A stretch of DNA of 63,986 bases, the filler included, from Reclinomonas americana ATCC 50394 (lineage: Eukaryota): NCBI GenBank assembly GCA_048213135.1. It is 8 parts of 8 records of this genome, joined end to end, with 100 filler letters (N's around TTAATTAATTAA, not from the genome) between each part and the next. Parts side by side here need not be neighbours in the genome. Positions count along the whole stretch, not along the records: positions 1 to 11,222 come from AFZH01019986.1; positions 11,323 to 27,708 come from AFZH01019987.1; 6 more parts are not named here. The stretch is one strand, 5' to 3'. The notes under the pieces are model-generated. The model had not been told where the DNA came from and made no database searches. It worked only from the letters and a program-made list of their open reading frames with translations. Shown one piece after another: positions 1 through 12,034 of this stretch. Within the stretch, counting starts at the first letter, position 1. Every line of letters starts with the position of its first letter. Made by a program: the position numbers and the translations under genes.

Positions 1-278
1 ACGAGAGTGTCACTATCCGGACACATTGTCATCATCAACTCATCTCACATGCACACACACACAAACCGATACATGGTCACTCCGCCGACCACCGTGGACT
101 CCTCGGCGGCCACTCCGCGCACTTGCGGGCGCCACTGCAGCCACGAGTGCTCTCCTCCTCCATCGAAGAGGACGCAGGTGAAAAGGGCCACGGAGAGCAG
201 AATGAGAAACAGTGTGCGATGTCGATGTCGACGTCGCGGCGGTCTACATTGCGCTGTGTAAACCGCCAGCGGTCGCAT
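1..278 (-). CDS. 5' end (exon 1, signal peptide) of a tandem paralog of the adjacent LRR receptor gene; runs off the window
   Basis: ATG at 278. MRPLAVY...LFLILLSVALFTCVLFDGG...GVTMYR matches exon 1 of the gene starting at 10443 (MRPHRALLVTLVSVALACSVLFDGG...GVTMYR). The intron donor (CG|GTTTGT at 66) is at the same codon position. Confidence 0.7.
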
Positions 279-496
279 TGCGTGGCTTGTGCGCTGTGTG
301 CCTCTTTCGTTGTTGTGGCGCGAAGTGTGTGTCGCAGTCGTCCATCATCTTCATCACTTTAATTAAAGACCAACGCCACCACCATCGTCGCCACGGTCAT
401 CGCGTCGTTTCACAAACGCCAATGTCACTGTCGCACAGTGGATGAGTGAGAGAATGAGAGAGAGAAGCAGACATGAATAACACACAAGTGGTGCAG

Positions 497-3400
497 TTAC
501 AAACCGTGCTCTGGTGGCGGTTCCTCGTCGCCGTCGTCCTCCTCATCCTCCCCATCGTCGTCGTCGTCGTTCAAATCGAACCCGGCGGCAGCCGTGGTGG
601 CTGGCCGCCGTTTCGCGGCCTCCTGCTCCGCGGCTCCCTGCCGTGCGCCAGTGGCAGACACGGAGGGACGACGCGCCTGCGTGGACGGCGTGGTGGCGCG
701 TCCCGACGGTTGTCGTGACAGCTGCAGGTCGGACGAGCTGGCGACCGAGGCCGTACGTTGGAGCGACGATGCCGTTGGCCGTGCCGCGTGCGGCGCAGGA
801 GGCGGCGGCGGCGCGGCTGGTCTGGGTGGTGGTTGTGGTGCAGGAGGCGTCGGTTTGGCCGGTTGCCGAGTGAATTTCCGAGCGACCTTGCCACCGGCAG
901 CCGTCTCCCGACTCGGAGGCCGCCGCTGTGATGGCTGCATGGCAGATGCTGGCGGTGGGGGAGGCACGGTCGTGGTGGTGGTGGTCGTCGTCACGGATGG
1001 CGGCGACAGCAGTGGCTGGCGGGCCGAGGGCGATCTCGCAGTGTCCGGCGACGAAGGTGACTCAGGCAGCAGATCGGCACCGTATCGCTCTGTTGGTGGC
1101 TCGGCGTTGCGGAAGGTGCCAATGTCGGTAGCAGTAAGTGGTGCCGCCGCCGTGCCGGGACGCGAGGTCGGGAAGCTCGAACGATTGGTGAACGAGCCGT
1201 CGCGCATGGAGGTATGTGGATTGCGGTCGGTGCGCATGCCATGCTCATCCTCCGCCTCCTCCATGAGCATTTCGGGGTGCGTGACTTCCACAATACGCTG
1301 TGCGCGTGATGAGTCGGAAAGGGTGAGCGAGTAAGTGCGAGGGCGACAGAAACGGGGAGTGCGCCCACCTTCCAGTTCTGGGAGATGAGACGGGCTTTTG
1401 TTCGTCTCTCCAACTCGGCAGTCTCCGCCGTATTCTCTGTGTGTGACAGCAATGCCACTTCTGCGGCATGACGACGAGCAGCTGCACTCGAGCAACACAG
1501 CCGTAGATGAACAGCAGTGCGCGTTTGCAGCAGTGTGCCACGGCATGCACTCACCGATCTGTGCCTGCAGTCGTGCATTCAGCAGCAGCTCGCGTACTTG
1601 ATACTGATCCTCGTCGCCCGTCAGACGAAGCTGCACACTGGCGTCGACGTCGCGCAGGGCCGGTGGCTCTGGCACGTCATCAAACGCCACTTCCTCCTCG
1701 AATGTGAGCTCACTGCGCTTGTCTGCGGATCTGGCCGACACGTGGGAGCGAGCCGAGCGCTGTCCTGGTGGCACCGCTGTGCCCAGGGAAGCTGTGCATG
1801 TCGATTGAGTGAGATTCACGTGGCTCTCTCTCTGTGTGTAAAAAGGACTACTCAACTGTGCACGTAATCCAGCTCGTCCTGCATGTGCGTGCGTGTGTGA
1901 GTGGCAAGGCAGAAGCAACAGCAGCAACCACATGATCGACTGTGCAGTACAGACCTTTTTCACATACAGCCGCGCCCGAGCCGCGAATCCAGCCGAGATG
2001 AGGTGGGCCAGCAGATAAACAAAGAGCAACAAAACAATAATGTACACGAGAGCCACAATCCACCAGCGCTCGCAGGGACCGCCAGCGGGACCCATGTAGC
2101 CTGCAGATAGGATACACGCAAGCTGTGAGAATACTGCAGGGTGCCATGGTGACCATCAAGCGTCTCACCAAAATTGCACTGGCACAACGAGCGGGAGATA
2201 CCGGCAGCCTGTTCCGAACCAGTATTCTGCGGACAGCTGGTGCACACACGGGCGCCATATATCTCCGAGTACGAATCACGCGGACACTCGTTGCAGAACT
2301 TGGCCGTGCCCTGCATCTCTCACTTCTCTTGAGGAGGGAACAAGCGCGGAGTATCGCGCACACTCGTGACACGAAACATTGGATCGGAATCCGGGCGGGC
2401 ACGGATCACAGTTGACCGTGCCAAAGTACTGTGCGTACAGACCAGCAGCGCACGCCAGGCAGATGGGCGCCGCTGGGGTGCTCATGTTGTAGCCAGGCGG
2501 ACACAGCTTGCAGCTCGGCATGCCGATCTCGTCCTGGTAGTGGCCGGGCGGACACTTGCGGCATTTCCTAAACGGGTACGAGTGAGCGATTTTTGCAAGC
2601 AAGCAGTGAGCAACGCATTGACGCAACGTCGACAGTGTGTTGGGTTGGTAGTAGCCCTTGGGGCACTTGGTGCATGTGGTGGCGGTGAGACTCTCGGCAA
2701 CAGTGCCCTTGGGACAGCCGAGACACGGCGATGTGTACTTGACAATGATGTATCCGGCAGGGCAGCCTGCAAGTGCACCGCTTACGTGTGATGCATCCGC
2801 TGACTCTCTCCACTCTACAACTGCACGCAACTGCAGGAAATGGTCGGATTGGTTGAATTGTAAGAGTTCACGGGGCAGTCAAAGTCATTGCCAGTCACAT
2901 CGACTGTGTAGCTGACATCGGCGAAGAACGCAGGCACGTCGTCCTCGAAACGATTGCGTGACAGATTTCTGGCACACCACCCACCATACGTGAGTCAAAT
3001 GCAACATGTCGGCAGTGGCACAGCAGCAGCACGCAACAGATACGTCAGCTGCTTCAGTTGGCCAATCTCGTTCGGAATAAGACCGGTGAAATCATTGTCG
3101 GAGAGATCACTGCGTCCATGACTGCTGTTAGTTGCCTAAAAAGACAGCGACAACCGCATCAATACAACGCACAGGTACCACAGCGGAACGATGGAACCGA
3201 TGGACTTCGGAACACTGCCACGCATCGAGTTATTGCGACAGTCCCTGATTGGAGCGACACAATATCAGTGGCTCAATGACGATATGGTTGCAGTGCAATA
3301 TTCACGTGCACGCTCACCACCAACGGAGACGACGCAGGACTGCTAAATCGGTTGGCAACTCGCCTTCGATTGGATTGCGGGCGGTGTTGCTACAGAGTGC

Positions 3401-6400
3401 GAAGCGTGAGAGGCCTCATTTGGAGAGAGAGAATAGTGAACGGTGCGCAACAGATAGACGACTTGATCGAATGCAGAGCTGAAGGCTCGACTGGATACCG
3501 CATGCCGCAAACCACGGGCGCGCTCTGCTGTTCCAAATGACGCTGAGCGCGCTTCAAACCGCGGATCTGATTCACCGCCACCATGATCGTCCGACACTGC
3601 CGGCGGCGCAGTCGCCGATTTGGTCTTCTTGGTCGAGCCGGAGAGCAAGTCGAGTTTGTTGCCGGCCACATTTCTGCTCGCACTTATGAGTGCCCAACCA
3701 GAAGCATAGACGGAGGGGCATCCTCGGCGCAACATGTACAATGCTCCGCGCAGATTGCTGTACTGCGGAAACTCGCCCGTCAAGGCGTTGTTTTGCAAGT
3801 CACTGTGTGCATGAGAGAAGAGTGAATGGCTGGCGACAACCAACCTCCTACCAAGCTTGCTGACGCACAGATACAGCATCTTGGGGGCGGCGACGGCTGG
3901 TAGTTGACCCGTGAACCCGAGACCAGGAGCAGAGCTGCCAGGTGCAACATGAATTTGCATGAATGAAGAAGGGACGAGGGCGAGCGACATCACAGTGGCG
4001 CAACAATTCCACAAGCGAAGGAGACACAATGTTGGTGATGCCACCAGTGACCTTGATCTTCGACATTACTCTGTACGAAAAGTCAGTGCACACCAGGGTA
4101 CAAGGGAAGATGCTCGCAAAAAACGAAACAAGTGCGCCAAGCTCGTCAGGCTTTGAAAGGCTGCCGGCAGTCCAGTATTCATCTTTGGCATGTTGTTCAA
4201 CAGTCTGCAGAGGTGAATTGTCTCCAAACAATGAGTATTACGGGAGACAGGAGCTGTGCTCCTGACTCGCAACGCAACAGCACACGCAGTGACCGGAGTG
4301 AACTGATTTCCGCAGGAAATGAACCGCTCAGTTGCGTCGACGACGGGTTCCTGTGTGCAGAGGTGGTGTGTGTATCGGCAAGGAACACCATCGTGTGTGC
4401 TCGCAAAGCAGTACTCACCAGTAGCGCAGGCGAGTAAACATCTTCACTGCTGGATTGATTGCACCATCCATGGACGAGCTTTGCATGTGCCTGGTCACTA
4501 GCATGTGAGTTGCAAGCAATGTGCAGCAGGGAATAGGGGAGAGAATCACGCAACAGCTCGATCAGCGAGGTAAGATTCTGCCACGGCTTGAAGTTGCCAG
4601 TGAGCGACAGGCCGCTGACGTCGAGATACTCGAGGCCCGACGACACGTCAATGGGAAACATGGCACCTCGCAACCGTGTGCCTCCAATGTCACTGAGGGC
4701 GGACTGTAAGTATGTGTGTCGTCAACACTGAGCACGCATCGGCAGCACGCAACAAGTGCTCCAGTTTGCGGAACTGCGACAGCACTGGTGAAAAGGATGT
4801 GTCACGCAGGCCGACCAGATCGCTGCGTATCGTGGGTGAGTGGAGTGGCAGCGTGGTTGGATGGGGAGAGGAGGACAAGCGCAACATGTAAGTGAGGCCC
4901 ACAGCCGACTCGAGCTGCGTGATGGAGGCCAGAGGATTGTTGCGCAAGTCCCTGTGCGCACACTCACGTGTTAGTTGCAGAATGACAATCACTCTCGCGC
5001 GTGAGCGCACGCAACAGTTCCACCAAGCTGCCGGCACGTCCGGCCTGCACAAACGACGTGATTTTGTTGTTCTTCAACAGGAAAAACTGCAGCGAGCTGC
5101 CGACTGGTGACATGTCCGGCAGGTCGCCGGCTAAGGAGTTGTCGCTGACATCGCTGTGTCGAGGGAAGTGAGAAAGGAGACAGTTGTGAGCGCACACACT
5201 CTCCTGGCTCTCACGCAACAGGTGACGAATGAACGGGACATTGGCCAAACTGGGGAAGTTGCCGGAGAAAGAGTTGCTGCAAGCCACACTGTAAAAAACA
5301 GAAAGTTGGTCCGGTGCAAGAAAGGGGAGCTCGATTCGTCACCGACGAAACATCATAGTGCATGACACTGGCAGCGCAGCTGAGGTGATGGAACCAGAGA
5401 ATTGGTTATCGTGAATGAGTCTGCATTGGACAAAACAGATGAGGCAGGGTGGGGTCAATGAGGAGGCTGGAGCACTGCGCACAGAGTTTGCAGCTGATCG
5501 AGTGCTGACAACGATGGCATCGCGCCCGACAACTGGTTCTCGTGGAGGGTTCTGCGAGTGCGTATCAGTGAAGCATGGGGGAATACAAATAATCAACAAC
5601 AGTGAATGAATGAGTGGAAGCACTCAACAATGTTTTCAGTCCAAGCAGGCGTCGAATGGTGGTTGGCAGGGATCCACTGAAGCGGTTCTTGCCGAGTCCT
5701 CTGTGCGCGCAACACGTTTAGCATCACGATGGCGTCAAGCGCTGCCACAGAAGCCAGTTCACTCACAGGTACTGGATGCTGAGAACGGTTCGTAATGGAA
5801 ACGTTGGCAGTCCGCCACTCAGCGCATTTGCCTCGAGATATCTGCTCAGTAGCAGTGGTGAGTTGATGATGCGCGAGTATGTGCGTGTGTGAGTGCAACG
5901 CAACAGATTGGCAACACTTTTAAACGACAACACTTCGACAGGGAAACCTCCAGTGAACCGATTGCGAGTGATGGCACTGTGCGAAGAGAGGGGAGTGAGA
6001 ATTCACAACGACGGGGCGACAACCACACAAAACGCAACAGTTCACGCAAATCCGGACTTGTTGCAAACGACGGCAGAGCACTGGTCAGCATGTTGCCCAC
6101 GGCGCGGCTGTGCCACCGCCAGAAGTGAGGCAAATCAGTGAATGATTGGCACTGTACAGTGAGTGCTACATGACGCAACAAAATGCGCAAGCTCGGATGC
6201 TGGAACGTCTTGTCGCGCTCCCATGTGATTGCGCCCACAAAGTCATTGTGCGACAGGTCGCTGTGCAAGTGGAGGGTGAGGGCGGAAAGGGCGACCGAGT
6301 GATGGAGAATAGACGCCGACTCAACATGTACATAGCCGCATTGAGGTTGCTCAAGTCGGGCACGACGCCAGTAAGGCGATTGTAGGCCACACTCCTGTGA

Positions 6401-9400
6401 CAAGCGATTAGGTTCTTCTCCCGAACCCTCCGCACGTGCACCAAGGGAACGAAACAAGAAGCGAACGAGTCTGAGCTGCCCGAGGGCTGCGGGCATTGAT
6501 CCACTGAAGAGATTGCGCTCGAAGTTTCTGCGAACACCCTCAACGTCAACACAACACTCTCTGTCGGGATGCGGTGCCGACAACGCAACATATGAACGGA
6601 ATTGATGTTGTATGTTGTGGGCAAGGTGCCGGTGAACTTGTTATACCGCAATGATCTGCAACAATAAAAAGCAATATGAGATGGGAGACAGAGAGGAAAC
6701 TAGCTGCTGCAGTGGCGGAACGCAACATGTATTCGATTCGCCCAAGCGAAGATGGCAGGGTGCCACTTATAAAGTTGGCATCCAAGTCACTGCGTGCAGA
6801 GTGTTGTGAGAGACGAGTGGAGTGTTCTAATCTCCTCGGCAGCACGCAACACGTAGATGAGTGCCGGCAGCGCCCAAAATGCTAGCGCTGGTGCCACTGT
6901 GAGCTGATTGAAGCGTGCATCTCTGTAGATGTACAGAGTGAGTGCATGCGCATGTGTGCATTGCTGTAGCAGCATGTTCATGCGCAACAAATACGTCAGT
7001 TGTGTCCACGTGCTCATATCCGGTAAGCCGCCGGTGAAGGAGTTTAGCGACACGTCGCTGCAGCGGGCACCACCACTCGAAAATGAGTACCCTCCTTCAC
7101 CACAAGAGTGCCATGACGAATTCAGCACGACGCAACAGTGCCCGCATTTTGGTCAACGAGCTCATGGATGAAGGTAACGCACCAGTCAGTCCGGTATTGC
7201 TCACATTGCTGTGGCAAAGCACAAAAAAGTGTGGTGAGAGGGGAGGGCAATGGCACGACTCGCCACCTCCCATATGCTGCGCAACAGATACTGCAATGCG
7301 GCCAGTTGACCAATGGCACTCGGCAGTGTTGTGGCCGGGTGAGTGCCACCGAGTGGACTTTCAATCAACTTGATCTGTTCGAGAGACAACACCTCCAGCT
7401 TTTGCAAACGCGACCATTGCACACTGAAGTAACTGGATAGGCCAGTGCGCGACACGTTGCTGACGTATGACCGACCACCCATCGAATGAAGAAGTGAAAA
7501 TGGAGGAAGCGGACTGAGGGAAGCATGCGTACGCAACACGAATTTGAGTGACAGCGAGTTGTAGATCTGAACTGGGATGTCGCCGGTGATGAGCGGGTTG
7601 CCGCCGAGTTTTCTGTGATTGGTGGCGCGGTGAGCAGCAGTGTGGTGAGGTGAGCAAGGCGACAGTGGTTCACACGCGCACAGATACTCAATCGTCTGCG
7701 ATCCGGGATAGTCGTTGATGAGACCGGAAAAACTGTTCTCCGACAAGTCTCTGCACGGAAACATTGATCAGCACATACAGAGGTCCCTCTCTACTCCTCA
7801 AGTGGAGAGACGTGCACTCAACATATGCGTCAGCAGGGGGATGCGAAACAGCAGGCCCGGTATTTTGCCAGTGAGTCGATTGCGTTGCAGTTTTCTGTGC
7901 CACTCGCCAGTAAGAATGCATGTGCATGACCAGCAGCACTCACGCCTTCGCGCAACAGCACGAGGAGGTCCGGCAGTTTGGTGTACAACCACACGGGCAC
8001 GGTGTCGACAAACTGATTCCAGCTCAAATCTCTGCGCTCAAACGAGTGATCATGAGGCTGGCGCGATGAGGGCGACAACGCGCGAGATGCACGCAACAAG
8101 TACTGCAGTGTGGTGATGTTCTGTAAGGCCGGTGGCAGAGGTCCGCTCAGTCGATTGCGACCCAAGTCTCTGCAGTTGCGTGCGCGGTGAGTTGTTTGTG
8201 AGAGAAAACTGGAGCTCGTCACAGCGGACTGACGCACAGGTACTCCAGTTGTATTCCGATCTGCTGAAAGAAGATGGGCTTGATGTAGGACGTAGGCGTG
8301 GAGCCGACCATCTTGATGGAGGAGGTGAAAGAGTTGCCACCCAGAGCTCTGCGTTCGTGATCGAGTGTGAGTGGCAGCCGCGAGCGATGTTTGGTGAGGT
8401 GAGCGCACGCAACAAATGCGTGAGATTCACGGCTGGTTTCACTCCCGCCGTCAACTCGCCCGACAGGAGGTTGTTGGAGAGGTCACTGTGCGAGTTGGAA
8501 AAGTAAGCAGCAAATAGAGAGAGATGCGGAGGAGAAGGTCTGTGAACGCAACATGTGGTTGCAAAACTCGTATATCTGGTAAGGCACGTCACCGTAAAAG
8601 AGGTTGTCGCGCAAGTTGCTGCGTGAGATACATGATGCCTCGGTGAGGTACTGTGTGTCAAGCGTGGGTGGGATGAACGAAACAGTCGAATGAGGCCATT
8701 CATGTCGCGCAGTGCATTGGGTAACCGGCAGTCAATGTTGTTGTCCGGCAGGTCTCTGCGTCGTCGGTGGCACGAGTGAGGTGACGTGACGTGAGGGAAA
8801 CGGACTGGCCATGACGCAACAGGTGAGTGACAAAGCCAGTCTTGTTGCATGTGACGCCCTCCCACTGGCATGGTTTCTGCACACAGACGTTCAGTGATCT
8901 CGAAGTAGAGAGCGAGAGAGAGTCTTCGTGCTCATACCCTGCCAACTTGCATCCACCCATTGTGTCGTTTCCATCGATCACCGCGACAGTTGATGTACAT
9001 GTCCTGCAGCAAGTTACCTGCATGCCGTCGTCAATAGAATGCACGTGACGTCTCCAAGAAACCCGCAGGAAGCAACGCAACAATCGTAGTCACGGATGCC
9101 CTTGTTGGGGTCGACGCAGATGAAAGCCGAGACGCGCAAATCCACCGTGATCTCGAAACTGGCGCCCGTGTGGCCATACATGCCCACAATGTGACGGCCG
9201 GTGGCGTGGTACGGATCGTCGTTCAACACGATCAGTTGCTCGCAGCCGTACGCGCGTGACTTGAAGCGACACTTGGTCTGATTGACGCACGCCGTCGGGT
9301 GCATCACATTCGCGACGGTCTCCACCTCGGGGAACGCGTCGACCATGATGTAGATGTCGGGGTCGCCGTACAGGCCGGCGTTGGTGGTGCCGTTGCACCT

Positions 9401-9748
9401 GGAAAAGGAAGAAGGGAAGATCAACGAAAGGGAGGAAGGACCACAGAAAGGGAAAGTGTGCACGAGAGAGAGAGAGGAGAGGAGTGTAAGTTGGCGAGCT
9501 CCGAGCCTCTTCTTTTCTTGAGCTCCGTGGACGTGCGCGAGTTACAAGTTCGAAAGCGTGCAAGAGAGATACCGTAAGCGGCTTCCTCTTCTTCTCTTTC
9601 TCCTTCTATCTCCGCACACCGTAGGCTATCATTTGTTTTCCTTGTGCTCAGTTGCAAGTGCGAGAGAGTGCAAGGAGAGGGGGAGTGGAAGTTACAGTGG
9701 GCTACGAGCTTCTTCTTTCCTTGCGCTTCGTGCAGTGCGGGAGTGTGC

Positions 9749-9787
<39 letters not shown>

Positions 9788-10443
9788 ATGCTTCTTTCTC
9801 CTTTTTCTCTTTGTGATTCTCTGCGTTCCACTCTGTTGGACTTATTGTTTTCCTTGTGCTGCTAGAGAGTGCAACGCGCGCGCGCGCGCGAGAGAGGAGG
9901 ATACTGGTGGGTTTCGAGCTTCTTCTTCTCTTCCTTGTGGTCGATGTGCTCCATGTGCAAGTGTGGGAGTTGGCAACAAAACAGAGAAACCACAAGCGAG
10001 CGGCTTCTCCTTCTCCTTCATCTTCTCGCCTCGCATACCGTGTTACTCTGCCTTACACTGTGTAGGCTACCGTGCCTCATTCCGATATACGAGTGGGAGA
10101 AGACGGAAAGACTCATTACACTCACCTGGTGGTCAGCGTGATATCGATAAACGTATCGGTGACATCAAAGTACCAGAACTGCCAGCCGGCCTCATTGACG
10201 CTGCCATTCTTCCACAAGTCGGGTTCAACTCTGCGTTACCGGACACATCGTCATTCGTCGTCATCATCATCCGTGGCAAGGAAAAGAAGCAGAGCACACA
10301 CGCCTGTACATGGTCACACCCTGAAACGTGGTGCTGTCCTGCGCCGAGACGCGCTGCACGAGCCACCACCCTCCATCGAAAAGCACACTACACGCGAGCG
10401 CCACGCTCACCAGCGTCACCAGCAACGCCCGATGCGGTCGCAT
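497..10443 (-). CDS. Large multi-exon single-pass receptor-like protein: signal peptide, beta-sandwich (PPC-like) domain, LRR N-cap, ~35-40 plant-type LRRs, Cys-rich TNFR/ephrin-receptor-like repeats, TM helix, Pro/Ser-rich and acidic cytoplasmic tail
   Basis: Spliced exons read WQFWYFDV..ITLT..GDPDIYI..IVGMYG..SFEITV, then cap PCQWEGVTC, then repeats such as DLSNNLLSGELT, DLGRNRLSGPLPPAL, KLQRNRLTGKIP and DLDANFISGTLPSSLG. CPxG motifs follow (CTKCPKGYYQ, CRKCPPGHYQ, CKLCPPGY; ~2120-2790), then hydrophobic WWIVALVYIIVLLLFVYLLAHLI (~1995-2065). Stop TAA at 497. Confidence 0.85.
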
Positions 10444-10628
10444 GCGACACACACACGCACACACAAAGGGCGAAGAACAATGTGCGAGCGCGAATGAATG
10501 ACAGAGTGTGTGTGATGTGAGAATGGAAGAAACGCATTAATGGCGGGAAACCGCGCGAGCATTGGCCATGGTGCGTTTAGTCTCTCATACTCAGCGAGAG
10601 TAAGAGAAAGGGTGCGTGTGTGTGTGCG
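10444..10628. promoter_or_regulatory. Putative 185-bp bidirectional promoter between the LRR receptor and CFAP54
   Basis: Divergent ATGs at 10443 (-) and 10629 (+). Contains GGCGGGAAA (E2F-like, 10542-10550) and ATTGG (reverse CCAAT, 10561-10565); motif function is unverified. Confidence 0.45.
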
Positions 10629-11420
10629 ATGGAGGAGGAGTACGTGGAGAACTTCCAGTCGCGAGTGGTGGCATGTCTGACTCGATTTCGTTTGAGAAAT
10701 CAAGGTCAGCGCGTTTCCCGCTCACAGTCACTCTCACAGTCACTCACTCTCTTCCACTCATGCACACAGACTCCTCACGAAGACGAGCGACTGTTGATCG
10801 GTCAGCACTGCACTTCTCTCTCTTTCCTCTCTCACACACTCTCTTATCAATCATGTGATTTGCAGTCAATCGCTTGTTCAAGAACTGGAGGACTTGGTGG
10901 ATGGGCTTGCGGATGCGTGCGAGGTGGCGAACTTTGTGCGACGAGTGGTGGATACGGGCGAGTTGTTGGTGCGACATAAGGTGAGTGGAGGGGAAGGGGG
11001 AGATGCAAGATCAGTTGGTTATGCAGAGAGGGAGGGAGGGAGGGAGGGAGGGAGAGAGAGAGAGAGAGAGAGGAGGAGAGAGAGAGAGAGAGAGAGAGAG
11101 TAGAGAGAGAGAGAGAGAGAGAGAGAGACGAGAGAGAGAGAAGAAGACGAGAGAGAGAGACGTAGAGACGAAGAACGTAAGACGAACGAACACGACGAAC
11201 GTACGTACGACGTAGTACGTACNNNNNNNNNNNNNNNNNNNNNNNNNNNNNNNNNNNNNNNNNNNNTTAATTAATTAANNNNNNNNNNNNNNNNNNNNNN
11301 NNNNNNNNNNNNNNNNNNNNNNAACCGTAGGTAACGTAACGTAACGAACGGTAACGAAACGACGTAACGAACGTACGTACGTACGTACGTACGTACGTAC
11401 GTACGTACGTACGTACGTAC

Positions 11421-11468
<48 letters not shown>

Positions 11469-11998
11469 GAATGAGAGAGGCAGTGACAGACGTGCAGAAA
11501 GGCAGGCAGAGAGACATGCAAGAAAGAAAGACGACAAAACCTGCAGATTTCGCTGATCTTTCGCCTTGGAGCAGAAGACGTGAGGAAGGAGGGAGAGAGA
11601 GAGAGAGAGTGTGTGTGTGTGTAAAGCCTGCAGAGCAAGCTCATCGTCCTCGTTGAGCCAAGCAGAAGATCAGGAAGGAGACAAGAGGTCACGAAGCTGT
11701 TGAACACGTTGATATGCCTCGTTGGATCAAGCAGCTGACCAAGAGAGAAAGAAAAGACATACAATCTTTCTCGTCGGAGCAGAAGATCAGAGGAGACGCA
11801 GAGAGAAAGCGGTCAAGCCTTGCAGCATTCGCGTATCGTCCTTAATTGACATGCAGTTCTTGATCCGCTCTGTCTCCATCCCTCGCTGTTCTCTCTGACT
11901 GGATACATTATGACCCGCCCTGCCTCTTCCTTTCAGTCTCTCCTGTATTAAGAAAGGTCTACTGATTATGCAGGCACTGCTTGTCGGAGAGCTTCTCC

Positions 11999-12034
<36 letters not shown>

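Noticed and set aside
594..1334. 246-aa plus-strand ORF and many similar antisense ORFs (e.g. 39546-40676, 55579-56478)
   Set aside because: Shadows of GC-rich coding exons on the opposite strand, with no recognisable motifs.
2830..8830. In-frame stops and frame jumps in LRR ORFs suggesting a pseudogene or alternative genetic code
   Set aside because: Where checked, they are explained by short GT-AG introns, and spliced exons are open in the standard code.
11223..11322. Recurrent palindromic TTAATTAATTAA flanked by Ns (7 copies)
   Set aside because: Artificial six-frame-stop contig linker, not biological.
11160..11422. (ACGT)n / GTAAC runs that look like a telomere or satellite
   Set aside because: They occur only at contig ends next to (GA)n tracts and follow the TACG cycle, as expected for pyrosequencing dephasing; probably an artefact.
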